From the human T2T-CHM13v2.0 reference genome, Homo sapiens, in assembly GCF_009914755.1 (NCBI RefSeq), contig NC_060933.1: DNA of 64,000 nucleotides. One strand, written 5' to 3'. A model generated the notes under the pieces. It was not told the origin of the DNA and ran no database searches. It saw only the letters and a program-made list of their open reading frames with translations. Position 1 is the first letter of the stretch. Every line of letters begins with the position of its first letter. Made by a program: the position numbers and the translations under genes. Of this stretch, positions 26,201 to 41,300 are shown piece by piece.

Positions 26201-29200
26201 CGATTGCACTCGGGTTGATTCCATTCCATTGCATTCCATTCCATTCCATTCCATTCCATTCCATTCCGTTCCATTCCATTTCATTACATTCAGATTGATT
26301 CTATTCAATTCCCTTACACTCCATTATATTCCAATCCATTCTGGTTGTTTCCATTCCATTCCATTCCATTTCACTCCATTCCATTGCACTCGGGTTGATT
26401 CCATTCCATTCCATTCCATTGCATTCCATTCCATTCCATTCCGGATGATTCCATTCCATTGCATTCCGTTCCATTACATTCCCCTGCACTCGGGTTAATT
26501 CCATTCCATTCCATTCCATTCCATTCGATTCCATTCCATTCCAATTCTTTCCATTCCATTCTATTCCATACCATTCCATTCCATTCCATACAATTCCATT
26601 CCATTCCATTCCATTCCATTCCATTCCATTCCATTCCATTCCATTCCGTTCTGTTCCGTTCCGTTCCGTTCCGTTCCATTCCATTCCATTCCATTTTATT
26701 CAGGTTAATTCCATTCCATTCCATTCCATTCCATTCTATTCCATTCCATTGCAATCGAGTTAAATCCATTGCATTCCATTCCATTCCATTCCATTACATT
26801 ACATTCCGGAAGATCCCATTCCATTGCGTTCCATTCCATTCCATTCCCCTGTACTCGGGTTGATTCCATTCCATTGCATTCCATTCCATTCCATTCTTTT
26901 CCTTTCCATTCCATTCCATTCCATTGCCTTCCGTTCCATTCCATTCAATTCCATTCTGTTCCATTCCATTCCATTACATTCGGATTGATTCTATTCAACT
27001 CCCTTACTCTCCATTACATTCCATTCCATTCGGGTTGTTCCATTCCATTCCATTTCACTCCATTACATTGCACTCGGGTCCATTCCATTCCATTCCATTC
27101 CATTCCATTCCATTCCATTCCATTCCGGAAGATTCCATTCCATTGCATTCCTTCCATTCCATTCCCCTGCTCTCGCGTTGATTCCAGTCCATTCCATTCC
27201 ATTCCATTAGATTCCATTCCATTCCATTACTTTCCGTTCCATTCCATTCCATTCCATTCCATTCCGTTCCGTTCCGTTCCGTTCCGTTCCGTTCCGTTCC
27301 ATTCCATTCCATTCCATTCTATTCGGGTTATTTCCATTCCATTCCATTGGATTGCAATCGAGTTGATTCCATTCCCTTCCATTCCATCCATTCCATTCCA
27401 TTCCATTCCTTTCCATTCCTTTACGGATTATTCCATTCCATTGCATCACATTCCATTCCATTCCCCTGTACTCGGGTTGATTCCATTCCATTCCATTCCA
27501 ATCCATGCCATTCCACTCGTGTTGATTCCATTCTTTCCATTCCATTCAAGTTGAATCCATTCCATTGCATTCCATTCCATTCAATTCCCCTGCAGTTGGG
27601 TTGATTCCATTCCATTCCATTCCATTCCATTCCATTCCATTCCATTCCGTTCCGTTCCATTCCATTCCATTCCATTCTATTCGGGTTAATTCCATTCCAT
27701 TCCATTCCATTCCATTCAATTCCATTCCAATCGATTTGATTCCATTCCATTCCATTCCATTCCATTCCATTCCACTCCATTCCAGTCCTTTCCATTCCAT
27801 TCCACTCGGGTTGATTCCATTGTATTCCTTTCCATTCCATTCCATTCCATTGCAATCGAGTTGATTCTACTGCTTTGCATTCCATTCCATTCCATTCCAT
27901 TCCGGATGATTCCATTCCATTGCATTCCATTCCATTCCATTCCCCTGCACTCGGGTTGATTCCATTCCATTCCACTCCATTCCGTTCCCTTCCATTCCAT
28001 TCCATTCCATTGTATTCGTGTTAATTCCATTCCATTCCATTCCATTCCATTCCATTCCATTCCAATCCAATACAATCGAGTTGATTCCATTCCATTCCCT
28101 TCCATTCCATTCCATTCCATTCCATTCCTTTCCATTCCATTCCACTCGGGTTGATTCCATTCTATTAGTTTCCATTCCATTGCATTCCCTTCCATTCCAA
28201 TCTGGTTGATTCAATTCCTTTCAATTCTACTCGAATACATTCCCTCCTATTCCACTCGGAACGATTCCATTCCATTCCATTCCATTCCATTCCATTCCAT
28301 TCCATTCCATTCCATTTCGTTCCATTCCATTCTATTCCGTACCATTCCATTCCATTCCATTCCTTTCCTTTCCATTCTATTCCACTCGTGTTGATTCCAT
28401 TCCTTTCCATTCCATTCGGTTTGAAGGCATTCCATTCCATTCCATTCCATTCCATTCCATTCCATTCCATTCCGGAAGATTCCATTCCATTGCATTCCAC
28501 TCCATTCCATTCCGCTGCACTCGCGTTGATTCCATTCCATTCCATTCCATTCCATTCCATTCCGTTCCGTTCCATTCCATTGCATTCCATTCCATTCCAT
28601 TCCGTTCCGTTCCATTCCATTCCATTCCATTCCATTCCATTCCATTCGGGTAAATTGCATTCCATTCCTTTCGATTGCAATCGAGTTGATTCCATTCCAT
28701 TCCATTCCATTCCATTCCGTTTCGTTCCATTCCATTTGATTCAATTCCATTCCATTCCATTCCATTCCATTGCGTTCCATTCCATTCCATTACATTCGGA
28801 TTGATTCTATTCAATTCCCTTACACTCCATTACATTCCATTCCATTCGGGTAGTTTCCATTGCATTCCATTCCATTCCTCTCCATTCCATTGCACTCGGG
28901 TTGATTCCATTCCATTGCATTCCATTCCATTCCATTCCATTCCATTCCATTCCATTCCATTCCGTTCCATTCCATTCCATTACATTCGGATTCATTCTAT
29001 TCAATTCCCTTACACTCCATTACATTCCATTCCATTCGGGTAGTTTCCATTCCATTCCATTCCATTCCTCTCCATTCCATTGCACGCGGGTTGATTCCAT
29101 TCCATTGCATTCCATTCCATTCCATTCAATTCCATTCCGTTCCATTCCATTCCATTACATTCGGATTGATTCTATTCAACTCCCTTACTCTCCATTACAT

Positions 29201-32200
29201 TCCATTCCATTCGGGTTGTTCCATTCCATTCCATTCCATTCCACTCCATTCCATTGCACTCGGGTTTATTCCATTCCATTCCATTCCATTCCATTCCGGA
29301 AGATTCCATTCCATTGCTTTCCATTCCATTCCATTCCCCTGCAGTCGCCTTGATTTCATTCCATTCCATTCTATTCCATTCCATTCCCTTCCTTTCCGTT
29401 CCATTCTATTCCATTCCATTCCATTCCATTCCATTCCGTTCCGTTCCATTTCATTCCTTTCCATTCTATTCGGTTAATTCCATTCCATTCCATTCGATTG
29501 CAATCGAGTTGATTCCATTCCATTCCATTCCATTCCGTTCCATTCCATTCCTTTCCATTCTATTCGGTTAATTCCATTCCATTCCATTCGATTGCAATCG
29601 AGTTGATTCCATTCCATTCCATTCCATTCCGTTCCATTCCATTCCTTTCCATTCCATTACGGATGATTCCATTCCATTGCATTCCATTCCATTCCATTCC
29701 CCTGTACTCGGGTTGATTCCATTCCATTCCATTCCAATCCATGCCATTCCACTCGTGTTGATTCCATTCTTTCCATTCCATTCAAGTTGAATCCATTCCA
29801 TTGCATTCCATTCCATTCGATTCCATTCGATTGCACTCTGGTTGATTCCATTCCATTGCATTCCATTCCTTTTCATTCCATTCCATTCCTTTCCATTCCA
29901 TTTCATTACATTCAGATTGATTCTATTCAACTCCCTTACACTCCATTATATTCCAATCCATTCTGGTTGTTTCCATTCCATTCCATTCCATTTCACTCCA
30001 TTCCATTGCACTCGGGTTGATTCCATTCCATTCCATTCCATTGCATTCCATTGCATTCCATTCCGGATGATTCCATTCCATTGCATTCCGTTCCATTACA
30101 TTCCCCTGCACTCTGGTTAATTCCATTCCATTCCATTCCATTCCATTCCATTCCATTCCATTCCAATTCTTTCCATTCCATTCTATTCCATACCATTCCA
30201 TTCCATTCCATACAATTCCATTCCATTCCATTCCATTCCATTCCATTCAGTTCCGTTCCGTTCCGTTCCGTTCCGTTCCTTTCCATTCCATTCCATTTTA
30301 TTCCGGTTAATTCCATTCCATTCCATTCCATTCCATTCTATTCCATTCCATTGCAATCGAGTTGAATCCATTGCATTCCATTCCATTCCATTCCATTACA
30401 TTACATTCCGGAAGATTCCATTCCATTGCGTTCCATTCCATTCCATTCCCCTCTACTCGGGTTGATTCCATTCCATTGCATTCCATTCCATTCCATTCCA
30501 TTCCATTCCGTTCCATTCCATTCCATTACATTCGGATTGATTGTATTCAACTCCCTTACTCTCCATTACATCCCATTCCATTCGGGTTGTTCCATTCCAT
30601 TCCATTCCATTCCACTCCATTCCATTGCACTCGGGTTGATTCCATTCCATTCCATTCCATTCCATTCCATACCATTCCATTCCGGAAGATTCCATTCCAT
30701 TGCGTTCCATTCCATTCCATTCCCCTACACTCGCGTTGATTCCATTCCATTCCATTCCATTCCATTCCATTCCGTTCCGTTCCATTGCATTCCATTCCAT
30801 TCCATTCCATTCCATTCCATTCCGTTCCGTTCCGTTCCATTCCACTCCATTCCATTCTATTCGCGTTAATTCCATTCCATTCCATTCGATTGTAATCGAG
30901 TTGATTCCATTCAATTCCATTCCATTCCATTCCATTCCATTCCATTCCATACCATTCCATTCCGGAAGATTCCATTCCATTGCGTTCCATTCCATTCCAT
31001 TCCCCTACACTCGCGTTGATTCCATTCCATTCCATTCCATTCCATTCCATTCCATTCCATTCCATTCCATTCCGTTCCGTTCCATTGCATTCCATTCCAT
31101 TCCATTCCATTCCATTCCGTTCCGTTCCGTTCCATTCCATTCCATTCTATTCGCGTTAATTCCATTCCATTCCATTCGATTGTAATCGAGTTGATTCCAT
31201 TCAATTCCATTCCATTCCATTCCATTCCATTCCATTCCTTTCCATTCAATTCCATTCCATTCCATTCCTTTCCATTCCATTACGGATGATTCCATTCCAT
31301 TGCATTCCATTCCATTCCATTCCCCTGTACTCGGGTTGATTCCATTCCATTCCGTTCCAATCCATGCCATTCCACTCGTGTTGATTCCATTCTTTCCATT
31401 CCATTCAAGTTGAATCCATTCCATTGCATTCCATTGCATTCGATTCCATTCGATTGCACTCGGGTTGATTCCATTCCATTCCATTCCATTCCATTCCGTT
31501 CCATTCCATTCCATTACATTCGGATTGATTCTATTGAATTCCCTTACACTCCATTACATTCCATTCCATTCGGGTAGTTTCCCTTCCATTCCATTCCATT
31601 CCTCTCCATTCCATTGCACTCGGGTTGATTCCATTCCATTCCATTCCATTCCATTCCATTCCATTCCATTTCATTCCATTCCATTCCAGATGATTCCATT
31701 CCATTGAATTCCATTCCATTCCATTCCCCTGCACTTGGGTAGATTCCATTCCATTCCCCTGCACTTGGGTTGATTCCATTCCATTCCACACCATTCCTTC
31801 CGTTCCGTTCCGTTCCATTCCATTCCGCTCCATTCTATTCGTGTTAATTCCATTCCATTCTATTCCAATCCATTCCATTGAAATCGAGTTGATTCCATTC
31901 CATTCCATTCCATTCCATTCCATTCCGGATGATTCCATTCCATTGCATTCCTTTCCATTCCATTCCCCTGCACTCGTGTTGATTCCATTCCATTCCATTC
32001 CATTCCGTTCCATTCCATTCCATTCCATTCTATTCGGGTTATTTCCATTCCATTCCATTCCATTCCATTGCAATCGAGTTGATTCCATTCCATTCCTTTC
32101 CATTCCATTCCATTGCCTTGCATTCCACTCGGGTTGATTCCATTCCCTTCTTTCCACTCCATTACATTCCCTTCCATTCCACTCGGAATGATTGATTCCA

Positions 32201-33800
32201 TTCCATTCCATTCCATTTCATTCCATTGCAATCCATTCCAATCCATTCCATTCCATTCCATTCCACTCGAGTTGATTTCATTCCATTCCTTTCCATTCCA
32301 TTCCATTCCTTTCCACTCGAGATGATTCCATTCCATGCCATTCCATTGCATTCCATTCCATGCCATTCCACTCGGGTTGATTCCATTCTATTCCATTCTA
32401 TTCCATTCCATTCCACTCCATTCCATTCCATTGCATTCCATTCCATTCCTTTCCCCTGCACTCGGGTTGATTCCATTCCATTCCATTCCATTCCATTCCA
32501 TTCCATTCCATTCCATTCCATTTTGTTCCAATCCATTCTATTCCGAACCATTCCATTCCATTCCATTCCATTCCATTCCATTCCATTCCATGCCATTCCA
32601 CTCGGGTTAATTCCATTCCTTTCCATTCCATTCGGGTTGAATCCATTCCACTCCATTCAATTCCATTCGAATCCATTCCATTGCACTCTGGTTGATTCCA
32701 TTCCATTCCATTCCATTCGATTCCATTCCATTCCATTCCATTCCATTCCGTTCCATTCCATTTCATTACATTCAGATTGATTCTATTCAATTCCCTTACA
32801 CTCCATTATATTCCAATCCATTCTGGTTGTTTCCATTCCATTCCATTCCATTTCACTCCATTCCATTGCACTCGGTTTGATTCCATTCCATTCCATTCCA
32901 TTCCATTCCGGATGATTCCATTCCATTGCATTCCATTCCATTCCATTCCCCTGCACAAAGGTTGATTCCATTCCATTCCATTCCACTCCATTCAGTTCCG
33001 TTCCATTCCATTCTATTGCATTCCATTCTATTCGTGTTAATTCCATTCCATTCTATTCCATTCCATTCCATTCCATTCCATTGCAATGGAGTTGATTCCA
33101 TTCCATTCCATTCCATTCCATTCCGGATGATTCCATTCCATTGCATTCCATTCCATTCCATTCCCCTGCACTCGTGTTGATTCCATTCCCTTCCATTCCA
33201 TTCCATTCCGTTCCATTCCATTGCATTCCATTCTATTCCGGTTAATTCCATTCCAATCCATTCCATTCCATTCCATTCCATTCCATTGCAATCGAGTTGA
33301 TTCCATTCCATTGTTTCCATTCCATTCCATTGCCTTGCATTCCAATCGGGTTGATTCCATTCCCTTCTTTCCACTCCACTACATTCCCTTCCATTCCACT
33401 CGGAATGATTGATTCCATTCCATTCCATTCCATTTCATTCCATTGCAATCCATTCCATTCCATTCCATTCCATTCCATTCCACTCGAGTTGATTTCATTC
33501 CATTCCTTTCCATTCCATTCCATTCCTTTCCACTCGAGTTGATTCCATTCCATTCCATTCCATTGCATTCCATTCCACGCCATTCCACTCGGGTTGATTC
33601 CATTCCTTTGCATTCCATTCCATTCCATTCCATTCCATTCCATTCCATTCCATTCCATTCCGTTGCATTCCATTCCATTACATTCGGTTTGATTCTATTC
33701 AACTCCCTTACTCTCCATTACATTCCATTCCATTCGGTTTGTTCCATTCCATTCCATTCCATTCCACTCCATTCCATTGCACTCGGGTTGATTCCATTTC
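20250..33800 (-). repeat. ~5.1 kb block duplicated at ~8.4-8.8 kb offset (20250-25400 vs 28990-33800), with a third partial copy at ~25450-26880
   Basis: Shared rare variants are CCTGCAGTCGC (20612, 25800, 29338), CCCCTACACTCGCG, CACACCATTCCTTCCG and GAGATGATTCCATTCCATGCC. ORF-track offsets are 8821, 8481, 8391 and 5194. Confidence 0.82.
29458..29650 (-). repeat. 94 bp tandem duplication
   Basis: TTTCCATTCTATTCGGTTAATTCC...CGATTGCAATCGAGTTG begins at 29458 and again at 29552. The paralogous block at ~20740 has a single copy. Confidence 0.85.
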
Positions 33801-36800
33801 ATTCCATTCCATTCCGGATGATTCCATTCCATTGCATTCCATTCCATTACATTCCCCTGCACTCGCGTTGATTCCATTCCATTCCATTCCATTCCATTCC
33901 ATTCCATTCAATTCCATTCCATTTCAATTCGTTCCATTCCATTCTATTCCGTACCATTCCATTCCATTCCATACCATTCCATTCCATTCCATTCCATTCC
34001 ATTCCGTTCCATTCCGTTCCATCCCAATCCATTCCATTCCATTCCATTCCATTCCATTCCATTCCATTCCGTTCCGTTCCATTCCGTTCCATTCCATTCC
34101 ATTCCATTCTATTCGGGTTAATTCCATTCCATTCCATTCGATTGCAATCGAGTTGATTCCATTCCATTCCATTCCATTCCATCCCTTTCCATTCAATTAC
34201 GGATGATTCCATTCCATTGCTTTCCATTCCATTCCATTCCCCTGTACTCGGGTTCATTCCATTCCATTCCATTCCAATCCATGCCATTCCACTCGTGTTG
34301 ATTCCATTCTTTCCATTCCATTCAAGTTGAATCCATTCCATTGCATTCCATTCCATTCCATTCCATTCCCCTGCAGTCGGGTTGATTCCATTCCATTCCA
34401 TTCCATTCCATTCCATTCCATTCGATTCCATTCCATTCCTTTCCGTTCCGTTCCATTCCATTCCATTCCATTTTATTCGGGTTAATTCCATTCCATTCCA
34501 TTCCATTCCATTCCATTCCAGTCGAGTTGATTCCATTCCATTCCATTCCATTCCATTCCATTCCACTCCATTCCAGTCCTTTCCATTCCATTCCACTCGG
34601 GTTGATTCCAATGTATTCCTTTCCATTCCATTCCATTCCATTGCAATCGAGTTGATTCCATTGCTTTGCATTCCATTCCATTCCATTCCATTCCGGATGA
34701 TTCCATTCCATTGCATTCCATTCCATTCCATTCCCCTGCACTCGGGTTGATTCCATACCATTCCACTCCATTCCGTTCCATTCCATTCCATTCCATTGTA
34801 TTCGTGTTAATTCCATTCCATTCCATTCCATTCCATTCCATTCCATTACAATCGAGTTGATTCCATTCCATTCCATTCCATTCCAGTCCTTTCCATTCCA
34901 TTCCACTCGGGTTGATTCCATTCTATTAGTTTCCATTCCATTCCATTCCCTTCCATTCCACTCTGGTTGATTCCATTCCTTTCCATTCCACTCGAATACA
35001 TTCCCTCCTATTCCACTCGGAACGATTCCATTCCATTCCATTCCATTCCATTCCATTCCATTCCATTCCATTTCGTTCCATGCCATTCTATTTCGTATCA
35101 TTCCATTCCATTCCATTCCATTCCATTCCATTACACTCGTGTTGATTCCATTCCTTTCCATTCCATTCGGTTTGAAGGCATTCCATTCCATTCCATTCCA
35201 TTCCATTCAATTCCATTCCGTTGCATTCCATTCCATTACATTCGGATTGATTCTATTCACCTCCCTTACTCTCCATTACATTCCATTCCATTCGGGTTGT
35301 TCCATTCCTTTCCATTCCATTCCACTCCATTCCATTGCACTCGGGTTGATTCCATTCCATTCCATTCCATTCCATTCCATTCCATTCCATTCCATTCCGG
35401 ATGATTCCATTCCATTGCATTCCGTTCCATTACATTCCCCTGCACTCGCGATGATTGCATTCCATTCCATTCAATTCCATTCCATTACAATTCGTTACAT
35501 TCCATTCTATTCCGTACCATTCCATTCCATTCCATACCATTCCATTCCATTCCATTCCATTCCATTCCGTTCCATTCAGTTCCATTGCATTCCATTCCAT
35601 TCTATTCGGGTTAATTCCATTCCATTCCATTCCATTCCATTCTATTCCATTCCATTTCAATCGACTTGAATCCATTGCATTTCATTCCATTCCATTCCAT
35701 TCCATTCCATTCCGGAAGATTCCATTCCATTGCATTCCATTCCACTCCATTCCCCTGCACTCGCGTTGATTCCATTCCATTCCATTCCATTCCATTCCAT
35801 TCCGTTCCGTTCCATTCCATTCCATTCCATTCCATTCCGTTCCTTTCCATTCCATTCCATTCCATTCTATTCGGGTTAATTCCATTCCATTCCATTCGAT
35901 TGCAATCGAGTTGATTCCATTCCATTGCATTCCATTCCATTCGATTACATTCGATTGCACTCGGGTTGATTCCATTCCATTGCATTCCATTCCATCCCAT
36001 TCCATTCCATTCCATTCCATTCAGTTCCAATCCTTTCCATTACATTCGGATTGATTGTATTCAATTCCCTTACACTCCATTACATTCCATTCCATTCGGG
36101 TAGTTTCCATTCCATTCCATTCCATTCCACTCCATTCCATTCCATTCCATTCCATTCCACTCCATTCCATTCCATTCCATTCCATTCCCTCATAATCCAG
36201 TTGGTTCCATTCCATTCCATTCCATTCCATTCCATTCCATTCCATTCCGCATGATTCCATTCCATTACATTGCGTTCCATTACATTCCCCTGCACTCGGG
36301 TTGATTCCATTCCATTCCATTCCATTCCATTCGATTCCATTCCATTCCAATTCTTTCCATTCCATTCTATTCCGTACCATTCCATTCCATTCCATACCAT
36401 TCCATTCCATTCCATTCCATTCCATTCCGTTCCGTTCCGTTCCATTCCGTTCCATTCCATTCCATTCCATTTTACTCGGGTTAATTCCATTCCATTCCAT
36501 TCCATTCCATTCTATTCCATTCCATTGCAATCGAGTTGAATCCATTGCATTCCATTCCATTCCATTCCGGAAGATTCCATTCCACTGCATTCCATTCCAT
36601 TCCATTCCCCTGCACTCGCGTTGATTCCATTCCATTCCATTCCATTCCATTCCATTCTATTCCATTCCGTTCCTTTCCATTCCATTCCATTCCGTTCCGT
36701 TCCGTTCCGTTCCATTCCATTCCATTCTATTCGGGTTAATTCCATTCCATTCCATTCGATTGCAATCCAGTTGATTCCATTCCATTCCATTCCATTCCAT

Positions 36801-38399
36801 TCCATTCCTTTCCATTCCATTACGGATGATTCCATTGCATTACATTACATTCCATTCCATTCCCCTGTACTCGGGTTGATTCCATTCCATTCCATTCCAT
36901 TCCATTCTATTCCATTCCATTCCATTCCATTCCGGAAGATTCCATTCCATTGCATTCCATTCCATTCCATTCCCCTGCACTCGCGTTGATTCCATTCCAT
37001 TCCATTCCATTCCATTCCATTTTCTTCCGTTCCATTCCATTCCATTCAATTCCATTCCATTCTGTTCCGTTCCGTTCCATTCCATTCCATTCCATTCTAT
37101 TTGGGTTAATTCCATTCCATTCCATTCGATTGCAATCGTGTTGATTCCATTCCATTCCATTCCATTCCATTCCATTCCATTCCATTCCTTTCCATTCCAT
37201 TACGGATGATTCCATTCCATTGCATTCCATTCCATTCCATTCCCCTGTACTCGGGTTGATTCCATTCCATTGCATTCCAATCCATGCCCTTCCACTCGTG
37301 TTGATTCCATTCTTTCCATTCCATTCAAGTTGAATCCATTCCATTGCATTCCTTTCAATTCAATTCCATTCGATTGCACTTGGGTTGATTCCATTCCATT
37401 GCATTCCATTCCATTCCATTCCATTCCATTCCATTCCGTTCCATTCCATTCCATTACATTCGGATTGATTCTATTCTATTCCCTTACACTCCATTACATT
37501 CCATTCCATTCGGGTAGTTTCCATTCCATTCCATTCCATTCCTCTCCTTTCCATTGCACTCGGGTTGATTCCATTCCATTGCATTCCATTCCATTCCATT
37601 CAATTCCATTCCGTTCCATTCCATTCCATTACATTCGGATTGATTCTATTCAACTCCTTTACTCTCCATTACATTCCATTCCATTCCGGTTGTTCCATTC
37701 CATTCCATTCCATTCCATTCCGTTCCGTTCCGTTCCGTTCTGCTCGATTCTATTCCATTCCATTCTATTCGGCTTAAATCCATTCCATTCCATTCGATTG
37801 CAATCGAGTTGATTCCATTCCATTCCATTCCATTCCTTTCCATTCCATTACGGATGATTCCATTCCATTGCATTCCATTCCATTCCATTCCCCTGTACTC
37901 GGGTTGATTCCATTCCATTCCATTCCATTCCATGCCATTCCACTCGTGTTGATTCCATTCTTTCCATTCCATTCAAGTTGAATCCATTCCATTGCATTCC
38001 ATTCCATTCCATTCCCCTGCAGTCGGGTTGATTCCATTCCATTCCATTCCATTCCATTCCATTCCATTCCGTTCCGTTCCGTTCCGTTCCATTCCATTCC
38101 ATTCCATTCTATTCGGGTTAATTCCATTCCATTCCATTGCATTCCATTCCAATCGAGTTGATTCCACTCCATTCCATTCCATTCCATTCCACTCCATTCC
38201 AGTCCTTTCCATTCCATTCCACTCGGGTTGATTCCAATGTATTCCTTTCCATTCCATTCCATTCCATTGCAATCGAGTTGATTCCATTGCTTTGCATTCC
38301 ATTCCATTCCATTCCATTCCGGATGATTCCATTCCATTGCATTCCATTCCATTCCATTCCATTCCATTCCATTCCATTCCATTCCGTTCCATTCCATTC

Positions 38400-41300
38400 C
38401 ATTACATTCGGATTGATTCTATTCAATTCCCTTACACTCCATTACATTCCATTCCATTCGGGTAGTTTCCATTCCATTCCATTCCATTCCTCTCCATTCC
38501 ATTGCACTCGGGTTGATTCCATTCCATTGCATTCCATTCCATTCCATTCAATTCCATTCCGTTCCATTCCATTCCATTACATTTGGATTGATTCTATTCA
38601 ACTCCCTTACTCTCCGTTACATTCCATTCCATTCGGGTTGTTCCATTCCATTCCATTCCATTCCACTCCATTCCATTGCACTCGGGTTTATTCCATTCCA
38701 TTCCATTCAATTCCATTCCATTCCGGAGGATTCCATTCCATTGCATTCCATTCCATTCCATTCCCCTGCACTCGCGTTGATTCCATTCCATTCCATTCCA
38801 TTCCATTCCATTCCATTCCATTCCATTCCTTTCCGTTCCATTCCATTCCATTCCATTGCATTCCAATCCATTCCATTCCGTTCCGTTCCGTTCCATTCCA
38901 TTCCATTCCATTCTATTCGGGTTAATTCCATTCCATTCCATTCGATTGCAATCGAGTTGATTCCATTCCATTCTATTCCATTCCATTCCATTCCATTCCA
39001 TTCCCTTCCATTCCATTCCATTACGGATGATTCCATTCCATTGCATTCCATTCAATTCCATTCCCCTGTACTCGGGTTGATTCCATTGCATTCCATTCCA
39101 ATCCATGCCATTCCACTCGTGTTGATTCCATTCTTTCCATTCCATTCAAGTTGAATCCATTCCATTGCATTCTATTCCATTCCATTCCCCTGCAGTCGTG
39201 TTGATTCCATTCCATTCCATTCCATTCCATTCCATTCCATTCCATTCCGTTCCGTTCCATTCCATTCCATTCCATTCTATTCGGGTTAATTCCATTCCAT
39301 TCCATTCCATTCCATTCCAATCGAGTTGATTCCATTCCATTCCATTCCATTCCATTCCATTCCATTCCACTGCATTCCAGTCCTTTCCATTCCATTCCAC
39401 TCGGGTTGATTCCAATGTATTCCTTTCCATTCCATTCCATTCCATTGCAATCGAGTTGATTCCATTGCTTTGCATTCCATTCCATTCCATTCCATTTCGG
39501 ATGATTCCATTCCATTGCATTCCATTCCATTCCATTCCCCTGCACTCGGGTTGATTCCATTCCATTTCACTCCATTCCGTTCCATTCCATTCCATTCCAT
39601 TGTATTCGGGTTAATTCCATTCCATTCCATTCCATTACAATCGAGTTGATTCCATTCCATTCCATTCCATTCCAGTCCTTTCCATTCCATTCCACTCGGG
39701 TTGATTCCATTCTATTAGTTTCCATTCCATTCCATTCCCTTCCATTCCACTCTGGTTGATACCATTCCTTTCCATTCCACTCGAATACATTCCCTCCTAT
39801 TCCACTCGGAACGATTCCATTCCATTCCATTCCATTCCATTCCATTCCATTCCATTTCGTTCCATTCCATTCTATTCCGTATCATTCCATTCCATTCCAT
39901 TCCATTCCATTCCATTCCATTCCATTGTACTCAGGTTGATTCAATTCCATTGCATTCCATTCCATTCCATTCCATTCCATTCCATTCCGTTCTATTCCAT
40001 TCCATTACATTCGGATTGATTCTATTCAACTCCCTTACTCTCCATTACATTCCATTCCATTCGGGTTGTTCCATTCCATTCCATTCCATTCCACTCCATT
40101 CCATTGCACTCGGGTTGATTCCATTCCATTCCATTCCATTCCATTCCATTCCATTCCATTCCGGATGATTCCATTCCATTGCATTCCCTTCCATTACATT
40201 CCCCTGCACTCGCGTTGATTCCATTCCATTCCATTCAATTCCATTCCATTACAATTCGTTCCATTCCATTCTATTCCGTACCATTCCATTCCATTCCATA
40301 CCATTCCATTCCATTCCATTCCATTCCATTCCGTTCCATTCCATTCCATTCCATTCTATTCGGATTAATTCCATTCCATTCCATTCCATTCCATTCTATT
40401 CCATTCCATTGCAATCGAGTTGAATCCATTGCGTTTCATTCCATTCCATTCCATTCCATTCCATTCCAGAAGATTCCATTCCATTGCATTCCATTCCATT
40501 CCATTCCCCTGCACTCGCGTTGATTGCATTCCATTCCATTCCATTCCATTCCATTCCGTTCCGTTCCATTCCATTCCATTCCATTCCATTCCATTCCTTT
40601 CCGTTCCGTTCCATTCCATTCCATTCCATTCTATTCGGGTTAATTCCATTCCATTCCATTCCATTGCAATCGAGTTGATTCCATTCCATTCTATTACATT
40701 CCATTCCATTCCATTCCTTTCCATTCCATTACGGATGATTCCATTCCATTGCATTCCATTCCATTCCATTCCCCTGTACTCGGGTTGATTCCATTCCATT
40801 CCATTCCAATCCATCCCATTCCACTCGTGTTGATTCCATTCTTTCCATTCCATTCAAGTTGAATCCATTCCATTGCATTCCATTCCATTCCATTCCCCTG
40901 CATTCGGGTTGATTCCATTCCATTCCATTCCATTCCATTCCATTCCATTCCGTTCCGTTCCGTTCCATTCCAATCCATTCCATTCTATTCGGGTTAATTC
41001 CATTCCATTGCATTCCATTCCATTCCATTCCAATCGAGTTGATTCCATTCCATTCCATTCCATTCCATTCCATTCCATTCCGTTCCGTTCCGTTCCATTC
41101 CATTCCATTCCATTCTATTCGGGTTAATTCCATTCCATTGCATTCCATTCCATTCCATTCCAATCGAGTTGATTCCATTCCATTCCATTCCATTCCATTC
41201 CACTCCATTCCAGTCCTTTCAATTCCATTCCACTCGGGTTGATTCCAATGTATTCCCTTCCATTCCATTCCATTCCATTGTAATCGAGTTGATTCCATTG

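Noticed and set aside
27265-27300. (GTTCC)n / (GGAAC)n CpG-rich tracts as CpG islands or promoters
   Set aside because: They are only 15-35 bp slippage expansions of a pentamer variant, far below island size.
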